Positions 24,950 through 33,834 of a stretch of DNA of 64,000 nucleotides are shown here, piece by piece. A program made the translations under genes and the position numbers. Where the stretch lies: contig DATJXB010000227.1 in assembly GCA_035500755.1 (NCBI GenBank), positions 2,853 to 66,852 on the forward strand, written 5' to 3'. The notes beneath the pieces are model-generated. The model worked only from the letters and a program-made list of their open reading frames with translations, did not search any database and was not told the DNA's origin. Every line of letters begins with the position of its first letter. Positions within the stretch are counted from its first letter, which is position 1. This DNA comes from Thermoanaerobaculia bacterium. Lineage in GTDB: Bacteria; Acidobacteriota; Thermoanaerobaculia; UBA5066; Gp7-AA6.

Positions 24950-25813
24950 GTGAGTTTCTCGAGTCGCGTCCGGAACCTGTGGCGCGGCGGCCCGCCGGCG
25001 AGACTCGACGCGGCCGGGCATGCGTCGCTCCCGGGACGCTGCAACGTCTGCGGGCGCCGGACGCTCTTTCTTTACGACGACCCGGCCCTCTACCGCGAAT
25101 CGCTCCTCTGCGTGCACTGCCTGACGACGAGCCGCTACCGCTCGATGGCGCGCGGCCTCCTGACCGCGCTCGAGCGGCTGGCGGGGGTTCGGGCGCGGAG
25201 CCTGGCGGCGCTGCCGCGCGGAAGGCGCCGTCCGCTCGCCGTCTACGACACGCAGGTGCCGTTCGACAACGGCGGCTCGGCATACCCCCTCCCGTGGCTT
25301 CTGGAGCGCTGTCCGTGGATCGCCCTGACGGTCTCGCGGTGGGACGCCGCGCGGGCCCGGGGCGAGGCGCTCGGCGCGGGCGTCACGAACCAGACCCTCG
25401 AGCGGCTGACCTTTCCGGACGCCTCCTTCGACGTCGTGCTGACGAGCGACGTGCTCGAGCACGTCCGCCTCGAGGCGCCGGCGCACCGTGAGATCCGCCG
25501 GGTCCTGAAGCTCGGCGGCTACTACGTCTTCACCGTGCCGCACTTTCGCGACCGGCCGACGGTCGAGCGTGTCCGGATCGTGGACCCTTCAGATCCGGCG
25601 CGCGACCAGGACATCCTGCCGCGCGAGTACCACGGCGACGCGAACGCCGAGGACGGCCGCGCGCTCGCCTACCGTTCCTTCGGCGTCGACCTGGACGAGA
25701 AGCTCCGGCGCCTGGGGTTCGACGTCGCGTACACCAAGCAGGATTTTCCTGAACTGGGCATTCGGAACACCGAGCTCTTCCTCGCGCGGGTCGCGGGACC
25801 GCCCGCTACCTGA
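24950..25813 (+). CDS. Class I SAM-dependent methyltransferase with N-terminal 4-Cys zinc ribbon (287 aa)
   Basis: CNVCGRR...CVHCL, then FDVVLTSDVLEHV and LKLGGYYVFTVP (MTase motifs post-I/II). Confidence 0.75.
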   Translation: MSFSSRVRNLWRGGPPARLDAAGHASLPGRCNVCGRRTLFLYDDPALYRESLLCVHCLTTSRYRSMARGLLTALERLAGVRARSLAALPRGRRRPLAVYDTQVPFDNGGSAYPLPWLLERCPWIALTVSRWDAARARGEALGAGVTNQTLERLTFPDASFDVVLTSDVLEHVRLEAPAHREIRRVLKLGGYYVFTVPHFRDRPTVERVRIVDPSDPARDQDILPREYHGDANAEDGRALAYRSFGVDLDEKLRRLGFDVAYTKQDFPELGIRNTELFLARVAGPPAT

Positions 25814-28058
25814 GTCCGCCGGGCCACCAGTTCCAGCGCCCGGCCAGGCGCAGCAGCGCGGGGCCGATGACCATCCGAACGGCGATCGCATCGATGAGCA
25901 CCGCGACCGAGAGCGCGAAGCCGAGCATCTTGATCGGCAGGAAGCTGCCGAGGGTGAAGCCGGCGAAGACGACGATCATGATGGCGGCGGCGCTCGTGAT
26001 GACCGACCCCGTGCGGGCCAGGCCCTCGGCGATCGCCTCGGATTCGCCGAGGCCGCCGCGGCGCGCCTCGGCCACGCGCGCGACGAGGATGACCTCGTAG
26101 TCCATCGACAGCCCGAAGACGATGCAGAAGACGATCACCGGAATGATCGGAAACACGCTTCCCGTCGCCCCGTCGAGGCCGACCAGCCGGGCGCCGAAGC
26201 CCTCCTGGAAGACGAGCACCAGCGCCCCGAACGCGGCGCCGACGGACAGGAGGTTCAGGAGAACCGCCTTGATCGCGACGAGCAGGGACCGGAAGCCCGC
26301 GAAGAGGGCGAGGAAGGTGCAGAGGACGACGAGCACCACGACGCGCCGGAAGTGGCGGGCCACGACGTCCTCGTAGTCGGCGTCGAAGGCGGGCCGGCCG
26401 CCGACCCGGATCCTTGCGCCCGGCAGGCCCGTGATCTCCGCGGCGTTCCAGGTGCGCACCTCCCGGGCGAGGGTTCCCTGGTCGCGGGGCGTCAGGCTCA
26501 GCGCCGGAATGCACTCGAAGAGCGTGGCCGTGCCGTCGCTCGCCTCGAGCGTCCGGCGGACGGCGGGCGAAAGCAGCGGCAGGAAGCGCAGGCCGTCGGG
26601 GCGGTCGAAGATCGCGGGCAGGCACTGGATGCGCTCGAAGCGGCTGTCCTGGCGCAGCTTCTGGAAAAGGCGAACGGCGCCGTTCCAGCCTTCGTCGCTG
26701 TCGAGGAGGACGCCGGGCGGAAGGTCGAGCACGACGCGCAGCGAATGGATCAGGTTCGCGCGGCCCATGGTCTCGAGGGCGTGGTACGCGCGGACCGACT
26801 CGGAGCCTTTCGGGAGCCAGTCGCCGAACGGGATCCCCGTCTCCAGCCGCCGGGCCTGGGCCGCGAGCAGCAGGAGCGGGGCGCTCGCGAGGACGAGGGC
26901 GACGACGGGCCGGCGCGTGACGCGGGCACCCCAGCGCCGCCACGCCGCCGAGCCGTGGGCGGCTCGCTCGGGGCGGGGGCGTCGGACGCGCAGCCAGTCG
27001 ATCCGTTTCCCGAGCAGGGCGAGGAGAGCCGGCAGCAGCGTCACGGAGAGCAGCAGGGCGAACACCGTGACGAGCAGTCCCGCCAGGCCGACCGAGCTCT
27101 GTTCCGAAAGCGGGATCGTCAGAAGCGCGGCGAAGCCGATCGTGACGGGAAAGGCGGAGAGCAGGATCGTCCATCCGGCGCGCCGCGCGGCCTCTTCGGC
27201 GGCCGGATGTCTCGCGCCGCGCGCGGCGAAGGCTTCGCGAAAGCGGCTGACCGTCAGCAGCGCGTAGTCGATGCCGAGCCCGAGGCCGATCATCGAGGCG
27301 ATCGTCTGGATCAGGATCGAGATCGTGAAGAAGCGGGAGAGGAAGGCGGCCACTCCGAGCGCCAGGGCGATCGACAGCAGGCCGACGCCGATCGGCAGGA
27401 CCGCGGCGAGCGCACCGCCGAAGGCCAGGAGCAGCAGCAGGAGCGTCAGCGGCAGGACGCGGAGCTCCGCCCCGCGGGCGTCCGCCGCGCTGGCGATCCG
27501 CAGGTCGAAGTTGAGGGGCACTTCGCCGGTCCACCCGAACCAGACTTTCGGATACGTGGGCGCGAGTTTCGCGGACAGCCCGCGCGTGGTCTCGCGCAGC
27601 CTCGGGAGGAGCTCCTCGACCGGGCGTCCTCCGGAGTCGAGGCCGACGATGACGAGAAAGCCGCCGGCGCGCCCGGCGAAAATCGCGTCGCGCGTGTCGA
27701 GCGACGAGAGCGTGCCGACGACTCCGGGCACTCGCTTGAGGTCGCGGACGATCGTCTCGAGGGCCTCGCGGCCCTCCGGTGTCGTGGGCAGCGGGACGCC
27801 CTCGACGACCAGCAGGACCCGGTCGGTGAACGGGGAGCGGAAGCGCCGCTGGAGCTCGTCGTGGACCGCCTGCGCCTGCTCCAGCGGCATCCGCGCGGCG
27901 ACCTCGAGGTGGTTCTCGATGTTCCGCGCGCCGGGGACGATGACGATCGCCGCGGCGAGCCAGACGAAGACGACCAGCCAGGGGCGGCGAACCACGATTT
28001 CCGGCCAGCGGGAGAGACGCGCGCGCCACGAGCCGGGGCGCGCCGGGTCAGCCGTCAC
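25806..28058 (-). CDS. MMPL/RND-superfamily transporter (750 aa)
   Basis: Two sets of ~6 TM helices separated by soluble loops. Motifs GLGIDYALLTVSRFRE and GLSMDYEVILVARVAE are MMPL-type. Confidence 0.88.
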   Translation of the reverse strand: MTADPARPGSWRARLSRWPEIVVRRPWLVVFVWLAAAIVIVPGARNIENHLEVAARMPLEQAQAVHDELQRRFRSPFTDRVLLVVEGVPLPTTPEGREALETIVRDLKRVPGVVGTLSSLDTRDAIFAGRAGGFLVIVGLDSGGRPVEELLPRLRETTRGLSAKLAPTYPKVWFGWTGEVPLNFDLRIASAADARGAELRVLPLTLLLLLLAFGGALAAVLPIGVGLLSIALALGVAAFLSRFFTISILIQTIASMIGLGLGIDYALLTVSRFREAFAARGARHPAAEEAARRAGWTILLSAFPVTIGFAALLTIPLSEQSSVGLAGLLVTVFALLLSVTLLPALLALLGKRIDWLRVRRPRPERAAHGSAAWRRWGARVTRRPVVALVLASAPLLLLAAQARRLETGIPFGDWLPKGSESVRAYHALETMGRANLIHSLRVVLDLPPGVLLDSDEGWNGAVRLFQKLRQDSRFERIQCLPAIFDRPDGLRFLPLLSPAVRRTLEASDGTATLFECIPALSLTPRDQGTLAREVRTWNAAEITGLPGARIRVGGRPAFDADYEDVVARHFRRVVVLVVLCTFLALFAGFRSLLVAIKAVLLNLLSVGAAFGALVLVFQEGFGARLVGLDGATGSVFPIIPVIVFCIVFGLSMDYEVILVARVAEARRGGLGESEAIAEGLARTGSVITSAAAIMIVVFAGFTLGSFLPIKMLGFALSVAVLIDAIAVRMVIGPALLRLAGRWNWWPGGLR

Positions 28059-28148
28059 GGCGTTTCCCGGGCGCGCGCAGCCTTCTCATTCGGGACGGAT
28101 CATGGCACGGCCCTTCCGGAAGGGCACGGACAAATTCGGCGGGGCGCC

Positions 28149-28673
28149 TTACCAGCGCTGCGGGACGCGCTCGAGCTTTTCGGTGTTGTAGCCCCACGCG
28201 TCGATCTTCGCCACGAGCGAGTCGTAGTCGGCGTCGGGAATCGCCGGCGTGCGCGCCATGATCCACACGAAGTCGCGGCTGTTGCGGGCGACGATGGTCT
28301 CCGTGTAGTCGGGGTTGACGTAGGCGATCAGGTACTCGGCGAGGATGGGTCCGAGCTGGAGTCCCCACTTCGCGTTCGAGCCGTCGTCGCCGACGTAGGC
28401 TCGAGGCTTGAGCGTCTTCAGCTTCCCGTCGAAGCTGCCCTCGCGATAGGTGAACGTCGTCGCGACGCTGCCGTCGGCGTTCAGCGTGTACGACTGGACC
28501 GCGTTGAAGGCGTCCTTGACGAAGGGCGTCGGGATGTTGGCGATGACGTACCAGTCGCCCATGAGGCGCGACAGGTCCACCTGGGGCACGCGAATCGGCT
28601 CCGGGGCGATCGTGCGGCAGCCGATCCATGCCGCCGCCAGGAGCGTCAGCAGGGCGGCGGCGCGGACTCGCAT
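28149..28673 (-). CDS. blc: Bacterial lipocalin (outer-membrane lipoprotein Blc)
   Basis: Lipobox LLAAAWIGC. VDLSRLMGDWYVIANIP, ...IAYVNPDYTETIVARNSRDFVWIMARTP and YNTEKLERVPQ are typical Blc motifs. Confidence 0.88.
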   Translation of the reverse strand: MRVRAAALLTLLAAAWIGCRTIAPEPIRVPQVDLSRLMGDWYVIANIPTPFVKDAFNAVQSYTLNADGSVATTFTYREGSFDGKLKTLKPRAYVGDDGSNAKWGLQLGPILAEYLIAYVNPDYTETIVARNSRDFVWIMARTPAIPDADYDSLVAKIDAWGYNTEKLERVPQRW

Positions 28674-28788
28674 GTGGTCCCGAGTTTAGACGCGTTCGGC
28701 GGCGGCCTCGCTCCCATTGTCGTATAAAGTTCGCCCGTGGCCCGGCCGCTGCCGGCCGGGCGCTTGAGAAATCAGAAGGAGCGTCCTC

Positions 28789-29412
28789 ATGCGCAGGCTT
28801 TCAGTCCTCCTCTCCCTGGGGTTGGTCCTGGTCCTTGCCGGTTGTTCCTCCTCGTCGTCTTCCACTTCTTCGTCCACGGTGGCGCCCAAGGGCGGAACCC
28901 TGGCGGTCGACGGACCGAAGCCCATGGTCGTCTACCAGGCCTGGGCCCTCAACATGCTCGGCGGCGGCGGCGGCACGACCGTCACGATCGGGATCTATCG
29001 CTGGACGACGGACGCCGAGCGGTCCGCTCTCATCAACGTGCTGAAGACCGAGGGCAACGCGGAGCTCGTGGCCGACATGAGCCAGCTGCCGCAGGTCGGC
29101 TACATCTACACGCAGGGCACGCTCGCGTACGCCCTCTTCTATGCGCGCGAGAACGTACTTCCGGACGGGACGAAGCAGATCGTCCTGGCGACCAACCGGC
29201 CCCTCTCGTTCGCGGGCGCGATCGCTCCCGGCGCGCGGCAGAAGTACGACCTCGGCATCGCCGAGCTGCGGATTCCCACGAAGGGCGAAGGCGAGGGCAA
29301 GGTCATCGTCCAGGGGATGGCGACGATCGACGACAAGACGGGCAAGATCGAGATCAACAACTACTCGGGTCAGCCGACCCGTTTGATGCAGATCCGGGCG
29401 ATTCCGCAGTAG
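28789..29412 (+). CDS. Lipoprotein, unknown function (207 aa)
   Basis: MRRLSVLLSLGLVLVLAGC lipobox followed by a Ser-rich linker. The remainder has globular composition. Confidence 0.75.
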   Translation: MRRLSVLLSLGLVLVLAGCSSSSSSTSSSTVAPKGGTLAVDGPKPMVVYQAWALNMLGGGGGTTVTIGIYRWTTDAERSALINVLKTEGNAELVADMSQLPQVGYIYTQGTLAYALFYARENVLPDGTKQIVLATNRPLSFAGAIAPGARQKYDLGIAELRIPTKGEGEGKVIVQGMATIDDKTGKIEINNYSGQPTRLMQIRAIPQ

Positions 29413-29552
29413 CCTCGCCTCCGGATGCCTTGTGGGCGCCGGGGCCGGCCTTCTCGGCCAGCCCTGGCGCTCCGCTCGCGGCGGTCCCGCCGCGACCGGA
29501 GTACATTAGTCGGCACGAGCTTCGTGCGGCTTCTTTGGAAACGGAGGCGAAC

Positions 29553-30083
29553 ATGAGGCAACGCTGGACCTCGAGCCTCGGAAGGATTCTTCTGGCCGTC
29601 GGCGTCGGTCTCGTCCTGGCCGTGGGGGCCCGCGCGCTGGAGCGCGAGGGCGATCAGGGGGAGTCGGCGCAGGAGAGAAAGCTCAAAGGCCGGACCACCG
29701 CGCCGGCCGCCGCCGACGTCGACGGTGCCGTGACGCTCGACGCCCTGCTCGCGAAGAAGGACAAGGGGGCCTTCTCGGAGGCGAAGGGCGCGGCGGTCGT
29801 GGGATGGGTCGTTCAGGTCGAGCGCGAGGAAGACGGCGACATGCACATCACGCTGGCGCCGTCGAAAGGCGAGACGGATACCCAGAAGTGGGTCGTCGTC
29901 GAAGTCACGCCCGCGTGGCAGAAGAAGTCGGCGACGCTCTCACCCGCAGCGCTGCGCAAGCTCGTCGGCACCAGGGTTCGGGTGACGGGATGGATCTACT
30001 ACGAGCCCGACGAGGAGCAGCCCGATCCCCGCGGCACGCCCTGGGAGATCCACCCGGTCACGGCGATCGCCCCGGCGCCCTGA
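29553..30083 (+). CDS. Secreted or anchored protein, unknown function (176 aa)
   Basis: ATG 29553 with GGAGG 5 nt upstream, in the tail of track ORF 28737..30083. Signal/anchor SLGRILLAVGVGLVLAVGARA. Confidence 0.65.
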   Translation: MRQRWTSSLGRILLAVGVGLVLAVGARALEREGDQGESAQERKLKGRTTAPAAADVDGAVTLDALLAKKDKGAFSEAKGAAVVGWVVQVEREEDGDMHITLAPSKGETDTQKWVVVEVTPAWQKKSATLSPAALRKLVGTRVRVTGWIYYEPDEEQPDPRGTPWEIHPVTAIAPAP

Positions 30084-30107
30084 ACGCGTCAGGCAGAAAA
30101 GCGACGA

Positions 30108-30135
30108 GGGCCGCGCCCCTCGCGGAGCGCGGCCC
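30108..30135. terminator. GC hairpin between convergent genes (possible bidirectional terminator, no U-tract)
   Basis: gggccgcgc (30108-30116) pairs with gcgcggccc (30127-30135), with a 10-nt loop. It lies between the stops at 30083 (+) and 30156 (-). Confidence 0.4.
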
Positions 30136-30155
30136 CGTCGAAAGTCCGTCGGAGA

Positions 30156-31070
30156 CTACTGAGACTTCGGCGCGCCTTCTTTGGAGGCGCGGTAGCCGGC
30201 TTTGATCGCGTCCTGCTCGGTCATGTACTGACCCTGCTTCGTCTTGCCGTACCAGCGGTCCCCCTCGTAGTGGTAGACCTTGGTCTCGGTGTTGACCCAG
30301 ACCATTCCCTTGGCCGGCGCGGGGCGCGCCGCGGCCGTCGCGCCGCTCGCAGGGTTCGACGATCCGGTGGACGTGGACGAGGCGCCGGTGGCCGCCTCGG
30401 GCGCCCTGGGCTGAGCCTTCGCCGGCGCGGCGGCGGAGCTCGCGGCCGCCGGAGCCGACTTCGACGCGGCGGCGGCGCCGCCGCTCGCGACGACGAGCGA
30501 GGAAATCTTCGAGATCGTGCTGGCGGAGACGCCCGCCTTCGAGAGGTCGTTGACCGACGAATACGGCCGTCCCGCGACGATCTTCTTCGCCGTGGCGGGG
30601 CCGACTCCGGGCAGCGCCTCGAGGTCCTTCTCGGAGGCGGTGTTCAGGTCGACGGGTCCGGCCGCGGTCTTGGCCGCCGGCTTCGCCGGCGCCGCGGACT
30701 TCTCCGACGTGGCGGGTTTCTCCGAAGCGGCGGCCTTCTCGGTCTTCGCCGGCTTCTCGGAGGCGGTCGACTCCGCCGGACCGGCCTTGGCCTTGGACTT
30801 CGAGACCGTGACCATCGAGGAGATCTTGTCGATCGTGCTCGCGGGGACGCCGGCCTTCGAGAGGTCCCCGACCGAGGAGTAGGGGCGGCCGGCGATGATC
30901 TTCTTCGCCGTCGCCTCGCCGACGCCCGGCAGGGCTTCGAGCTCCTGCTGCGTGGCGGTGTTGAGGTCGACCTTCGAGGACTTCTTGGCCGCGAACGCAT
31001 GGGCGGCCGGGACGAGCAGCGCCGCGAGGAGCAGGGCGAGGAACCGGTGCGCTCGATTCGAGTGAAGCAT
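30156..31070 (-). CDS. ComEA-like protein with two helix-hairpin-helix modules, low-complexity linkers and a conserved-looking C-terminal motif (304 aa)
   Basis: ATG 31070 with GGGAGGGAAG upstream. Signal peptide [19 protein letters not shown]. The module [37 protein letters not shown] repeats as [37 protein letters not shown]. The tail is [39 protein letters not shown]. Confidence 0.8.
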   Translation of the reverse strand: MLHSNRAHRFLALLLAALLVPAAHAFAAKKSSKVDLNTATQQELEALPGVGEATAKKIIAGRPYSSVGDLSKAGVPASTIDKISSMVTVSKSKAKAGPAESTASEKPAKTEKAAASEKPATSEKSAAPAKPAAKTAAGPVDLNTASEKDLEALPGVGPATAKKIVAGRPYSSVNDLSKAGVSASTISKISSLVVASGGAAAASKSAPAAASSAAAPAKAQPRAPEAATGASSTSTGSSNPASGATAAARPAPAKGMVWVNTETKVYHYEGDRWYGKTKQGQYMTEQDAIKAGYRASKEGAPKSQ

Positions 31071-31167
31071 GGTCGTCTTCCCTCCCTTTCTGATGGGCGA
31101 AGACTCCTCCCCGGGCGATGAACCGAACATGAACAGATCGGGTCGCGCTCCTCGCGACGCCCCGGCT

Positions 31168-31653
31168 TCAGACGGCCAGGACGGCGGCGGAACCCTTGAG
31201 CTTGTGGATGATCCGGCCGAGCCGAACGTTCAGGGCGTGGCGCCGGTCGAGGAACGGCAGCGGGGGAGGCTGGCGGACCCCCAGGCGGCGGCGCACGCGC
31301 AGCAGCACGAAGTTGTCCGGCGCGGCGCGCAGGCCCTTCTCGACGGCCTCGATCGCGTCTTTGCGCGAGCGGGCGAGCAGATGGATCTGCGCCAGGCACC
31401 AGAAAATGTGGGGGTTGCGCGGGTCGGCGTACTGCGCCTTCTTGCAGAGGTCCAGGCCCTTCTTCTGCTCCTTCAGGTGGGCGAGGCAGAGAGCGTAGGT
31501 CGCCATCGCCGAGGCGGGGACGTTCTCGCGCCGCGCCGAGTGGCGGTCGACGTACGCGGACAAGAACTCCTTGGCGCGGGGCCACTGCTCGCGCTTGACC
31601 GCTTCGCGGCCGGCGTCGAGCAGTTCTTCGTCGGAGTACTCCTGGAGCTCCAT
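31168..31653 (-). CDS. TPR-like helical protein, unknown function (161 aa)
   Basis: [35 protein letters not shown]...[35 protein letters not shown] forms TPR-like pairs. Confidence 0.65.
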   Translation of the reverse strand: MELQEYSDEELLDAGREAVKREQWPRAKEFLSAYVDRHSARRENVPASAMATYALCLAHLKEQKKGLDLCKKAQYADPRNPHIFWCLAQIHLLARSRKDAIEAVEKGLRAAPDNFVLLRVRRRLGVRQPPPLPFLDRRHALNVRLGRIIHKLKGSAAVLAV

Positions 31654-31718
31654 GAAACCCCTCCCAGAGGCGCCGGGCGGCGCCCGTCAGGGCATTTTAG
31701 AACAGTTCCGAGGCCGCC

Positions 31719-32219
31719 CTACGGCAGCTTTTCCTGCAGGATGCGTGCCGCCTGATCCGCGCGGAATTCGGCGAGCTTCCGGGCGAGCTCGGGCCGCTTT
31801 CCGGCCAGGATCGCGACGGCGAAGAGCGCGGCGTTGACGGCGCCCGGCTTTCCGATCGCGAAGGTCGCCACCGGGATGCCGCCCGGCATCTGCACGGTCG
31901 CGAGCAGCGAGTCGAGCCCTTTGAGCGACGCGCTCTCCATCGGCACGCCGAGGACGGGCAGCGTCGTGTGCGCCGCGGCCACGCCGGCCAGGTGGGCGGC
32001 GCCGCCGGCGCCGGCGACGAGCACCTCGATGCCTTTACCGGCCGCCGCGGTGACGTACTCGGACGTTTCTTTCGGCGTGCGATGCGCCGAGAGGACGCGG
32101 CTCTCGCTCGGGACGCCGAACTTCTCGAGCGTCTCGGAGACGTTCTTCATCGTTTCCCAGTCGGACTTCGATCCCATCAGGATGCCGACGAGCGGGCCGC
32201 TCGTCCCGGGTGCCGTCAT
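31719..32219 (-). CDS. purE: 5-(carboxyamino)imidazole ribonucleotide mutase
   Basis: [14 protein letters not shown]...SAHRTP...[23 protein letters not shown]...[16 protein letters not shown] 32219 lies 1 nt after the icd stop. Confidence 0.93.
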   Translation of the reverse strand: MTAPGTSGPLVGILMGSKSDWETMKNVSETLEKFGVPSESRVLSAHRTPKETSEYVTAAAGKGIEVLVAGAGGAAHLAGVAAAHTTLPVLGVPMESASLKGLDSLLATVQMPGGIPVATFAIGKPGAVNAALFAVAILAGKRPELARKLAEFRADQAARILQEKLP

Positions 32220-32220
32220 C

Positions 32221-33672
32221 TCATTCCCCCTGTCCGAGCGAGAAGCCCCGCTCGCCGTCGAATTCACTCAACGTTTCGGTTTTGACGAAGTCGAGCCCGG
32301 CGCCCGCGATCCGCGAGAGCAGGGCCACGATGTCGGCGTGGCCGACGTTTTTTCCGGGCGCGCCGAGGAAGCGGCAGCGGCACTCGTCGACGCGAAAGGT
32401 CTCCGGCTGCCCGTCCGGCCAGACCTTGATGCCGCGAGACGTCAGCATGCGGAGCTCGAACTCCGGCGCCGCCAGCGGCTGGAGGCGTCTGGCGAGCGCG
32501 TCGCTGTCCGGGTTGTCCCAGCCGACGTAGACGTCGACGCCGACGGTGCGCTGCCGGGCGCGGGCGCGGGCCGGGTGCGCCGCCGGGGACGCCACCGGAC
32601 GGCGCGTGGTCCCGTAGCCCACCGCCTTGAGCTTCTGCGGGAGCTTGCCGAGGCGGGCGACGACGGCTTCCGCGAACTCCTTCGTGCCGACCTTCTGCTT
32701 CGAGATGCCGTCCTTGTGCACGTCGTAGGTGTGAACGCCGTCTTCGAGGGTCGCGAGCCACGCGTTGTGAACGCGCTGGGCGACGTCGGGCTGCTCGATG
32801 TGGATCAGCATCATCACGGCGCCGAGCAGGAGCCCCGACGGATTGGCCAGGTTCTGGCCGGCGCGGCGCGGCGCGGAGCCGTGGATCGCCTCGAACATCG
32901 CGCACTGCTCGCCGATGTTGGCCGAGCCGGCGAGGCCGACGGAGCCGGCGATCTGCGCCGCGACGTCCGAGAGAATGTCGCCGTAGAGATTCGGCATGAC
33001 GATCACGTCGAAGGCCTCGGGCGAATCGGCGAGCTTGGCCGCGCCGATGTCGACGATCCAGTGCTCCTTCTCGAGGTCCGGATAGTCGGCGCCGATCTCG
33101 TCGAAGACCTTGTGAAACAGTCCGTCGGTCATCTTCATGATGTTGTCTTTGGTGAAGCAGGTGACCTTCCGGCGGCTGTGGCGACGGGCGTACTCGAAGG
33201 CGTAGCGGACGATCTTCTCCGAGCCCGGACGGGTGATGAGCTTCAGGCATTCGTAGACGTCGGGTGTCAACCGATACTCGATGCCCGCGTAGAGGTCCTC
33301 TTCGTTCTCGCGGACGATGACCACGTCCATGATCGGGTGCTTCGTCGCGACGAACGGGTGGTACGACACGCAGGGCCGCACGTTCGCGTAGAGGCCGAGT
33401 GTCTTGCGCGCCGTGACATTCAGACTCTTGAAGCCGCCGCCTTGCGGCGTCGTGATCGGAGCCTTCAGGAAGACCTTCGTCCGCCGCAGGGAATCCCAGG
33501 CCTCGCGGGCGATGCCGGCGCTGTTGCCGGCGAGGTAGACCTTTTCGCCGATCTCGATCTCCTCGATCGCGAGGCGGGCCCCCGCGGCCTGAAGGACGTG
33601 CAGCGTGGCCGCCATGATCTCGGGGCCGATGCCGTCGCCGCGGGCTACCGTGATCGGAACGGGGTTGGCCAT
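32221..33672 (-). CDS. icd: NADP-dependent isocitrate dehydrogenase, Thermus-type with C-terminal extension domain (483 aa)
   Basis: ATG 33672. ITVARGDGIGPEIM, SLNVTARKTLGLYANVRP, VIVRENEEDLYAGIE, NLYGDILSD, AIHGSAP. The C-terminal ~90 aa (VGVDVYVGW...RCRFLG...ETLSEFDGERGFSLGQGE) resembles the extra domain of the Thermus thermophilus enzyme. Confidence 0.93.
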   Translation of the reverse strand: MANPVPITVARGDGIGPEIMAATLHVLQAAGARLAIEEIEIGEKVYLAGNSAGIAREAWDSLRRTKVFLKAPITTPQGGGFKSLNVTARKTLGLYANVRPCVSYHPFVATKHPIMDVVIVRENEEDLYAGIEYRLTPDVYECLKLITRPGSEKIVRYAFEYARRHSRRKVTCFTKDNIMKMTDGLFHKVFDEIGADYPDLEKEHWIVDIGAAKLADSPEAFDVIVMPNLYGDILSDVAAQIAGSVGLAGSANIGEQCAMFEAIHGSAPRRAGQNLANPSGLLLGAVMMLIHIEQPDVAQRVHNAWLATLEDGVHTYDVHKDGISKQKVGTKEFAEAVVARLGKLPQKLKAVGYGTTRRPVASPAAHPARARARQRTVGVDVYVGWDNPDSDALARRLQPLAAPEFELRMLTSRGIKVWPDGQPETFRVDECRCRFLGAPGKNVGHADIVALLSRIAGAGLDFVKTETLSEFDGERGFSLGQGE

Positions 33673-33834
33673 GTCGTTTGCGTCTCCACCTTCCTCCCGC
33701 GAGTCTCCAGGCGGGGAGGGCGACGAACCTATCATCGAAGCCGGCGCCTCCGGAGAAGCCGAACAACCTCTCCGGCCGGCGACCCTGGACGTCCGGACGG
33801 GCGCCGGAGCGCGATTTCGGGTTTAATCTTGGGG

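Noticed and set aside
25569-28727. ORFs 25569..28727 (+, 1052 aa) and 25669..28029 (-, 786 aa).
   Set aside because: These are shadow frames of the MMPL transporter gene (25806..28058), which has the expected 12-TM pattern. The shadow products are charged low-complexity sequence.
29513-29527. Small hairpin gcacga-gct-tcgtgc followed by ggcttctttgg as a terminator after the lipoprotein gene.
   Set aside because: It has only a 6-bp stem with a 3-nt loop and a poor U-tract. It sits 100 nt after the stop and just before the next gene's SD, so it is not convincing.
32221-32500. C-terminal ~90-aa extension of isocitrate dehydrogenase as a new domain.
   Set aside because: The extension closely resembles the extra C-terminal domain of the known ~496-aa Thermus thermophilus-type IDH, so it is an established subtype.
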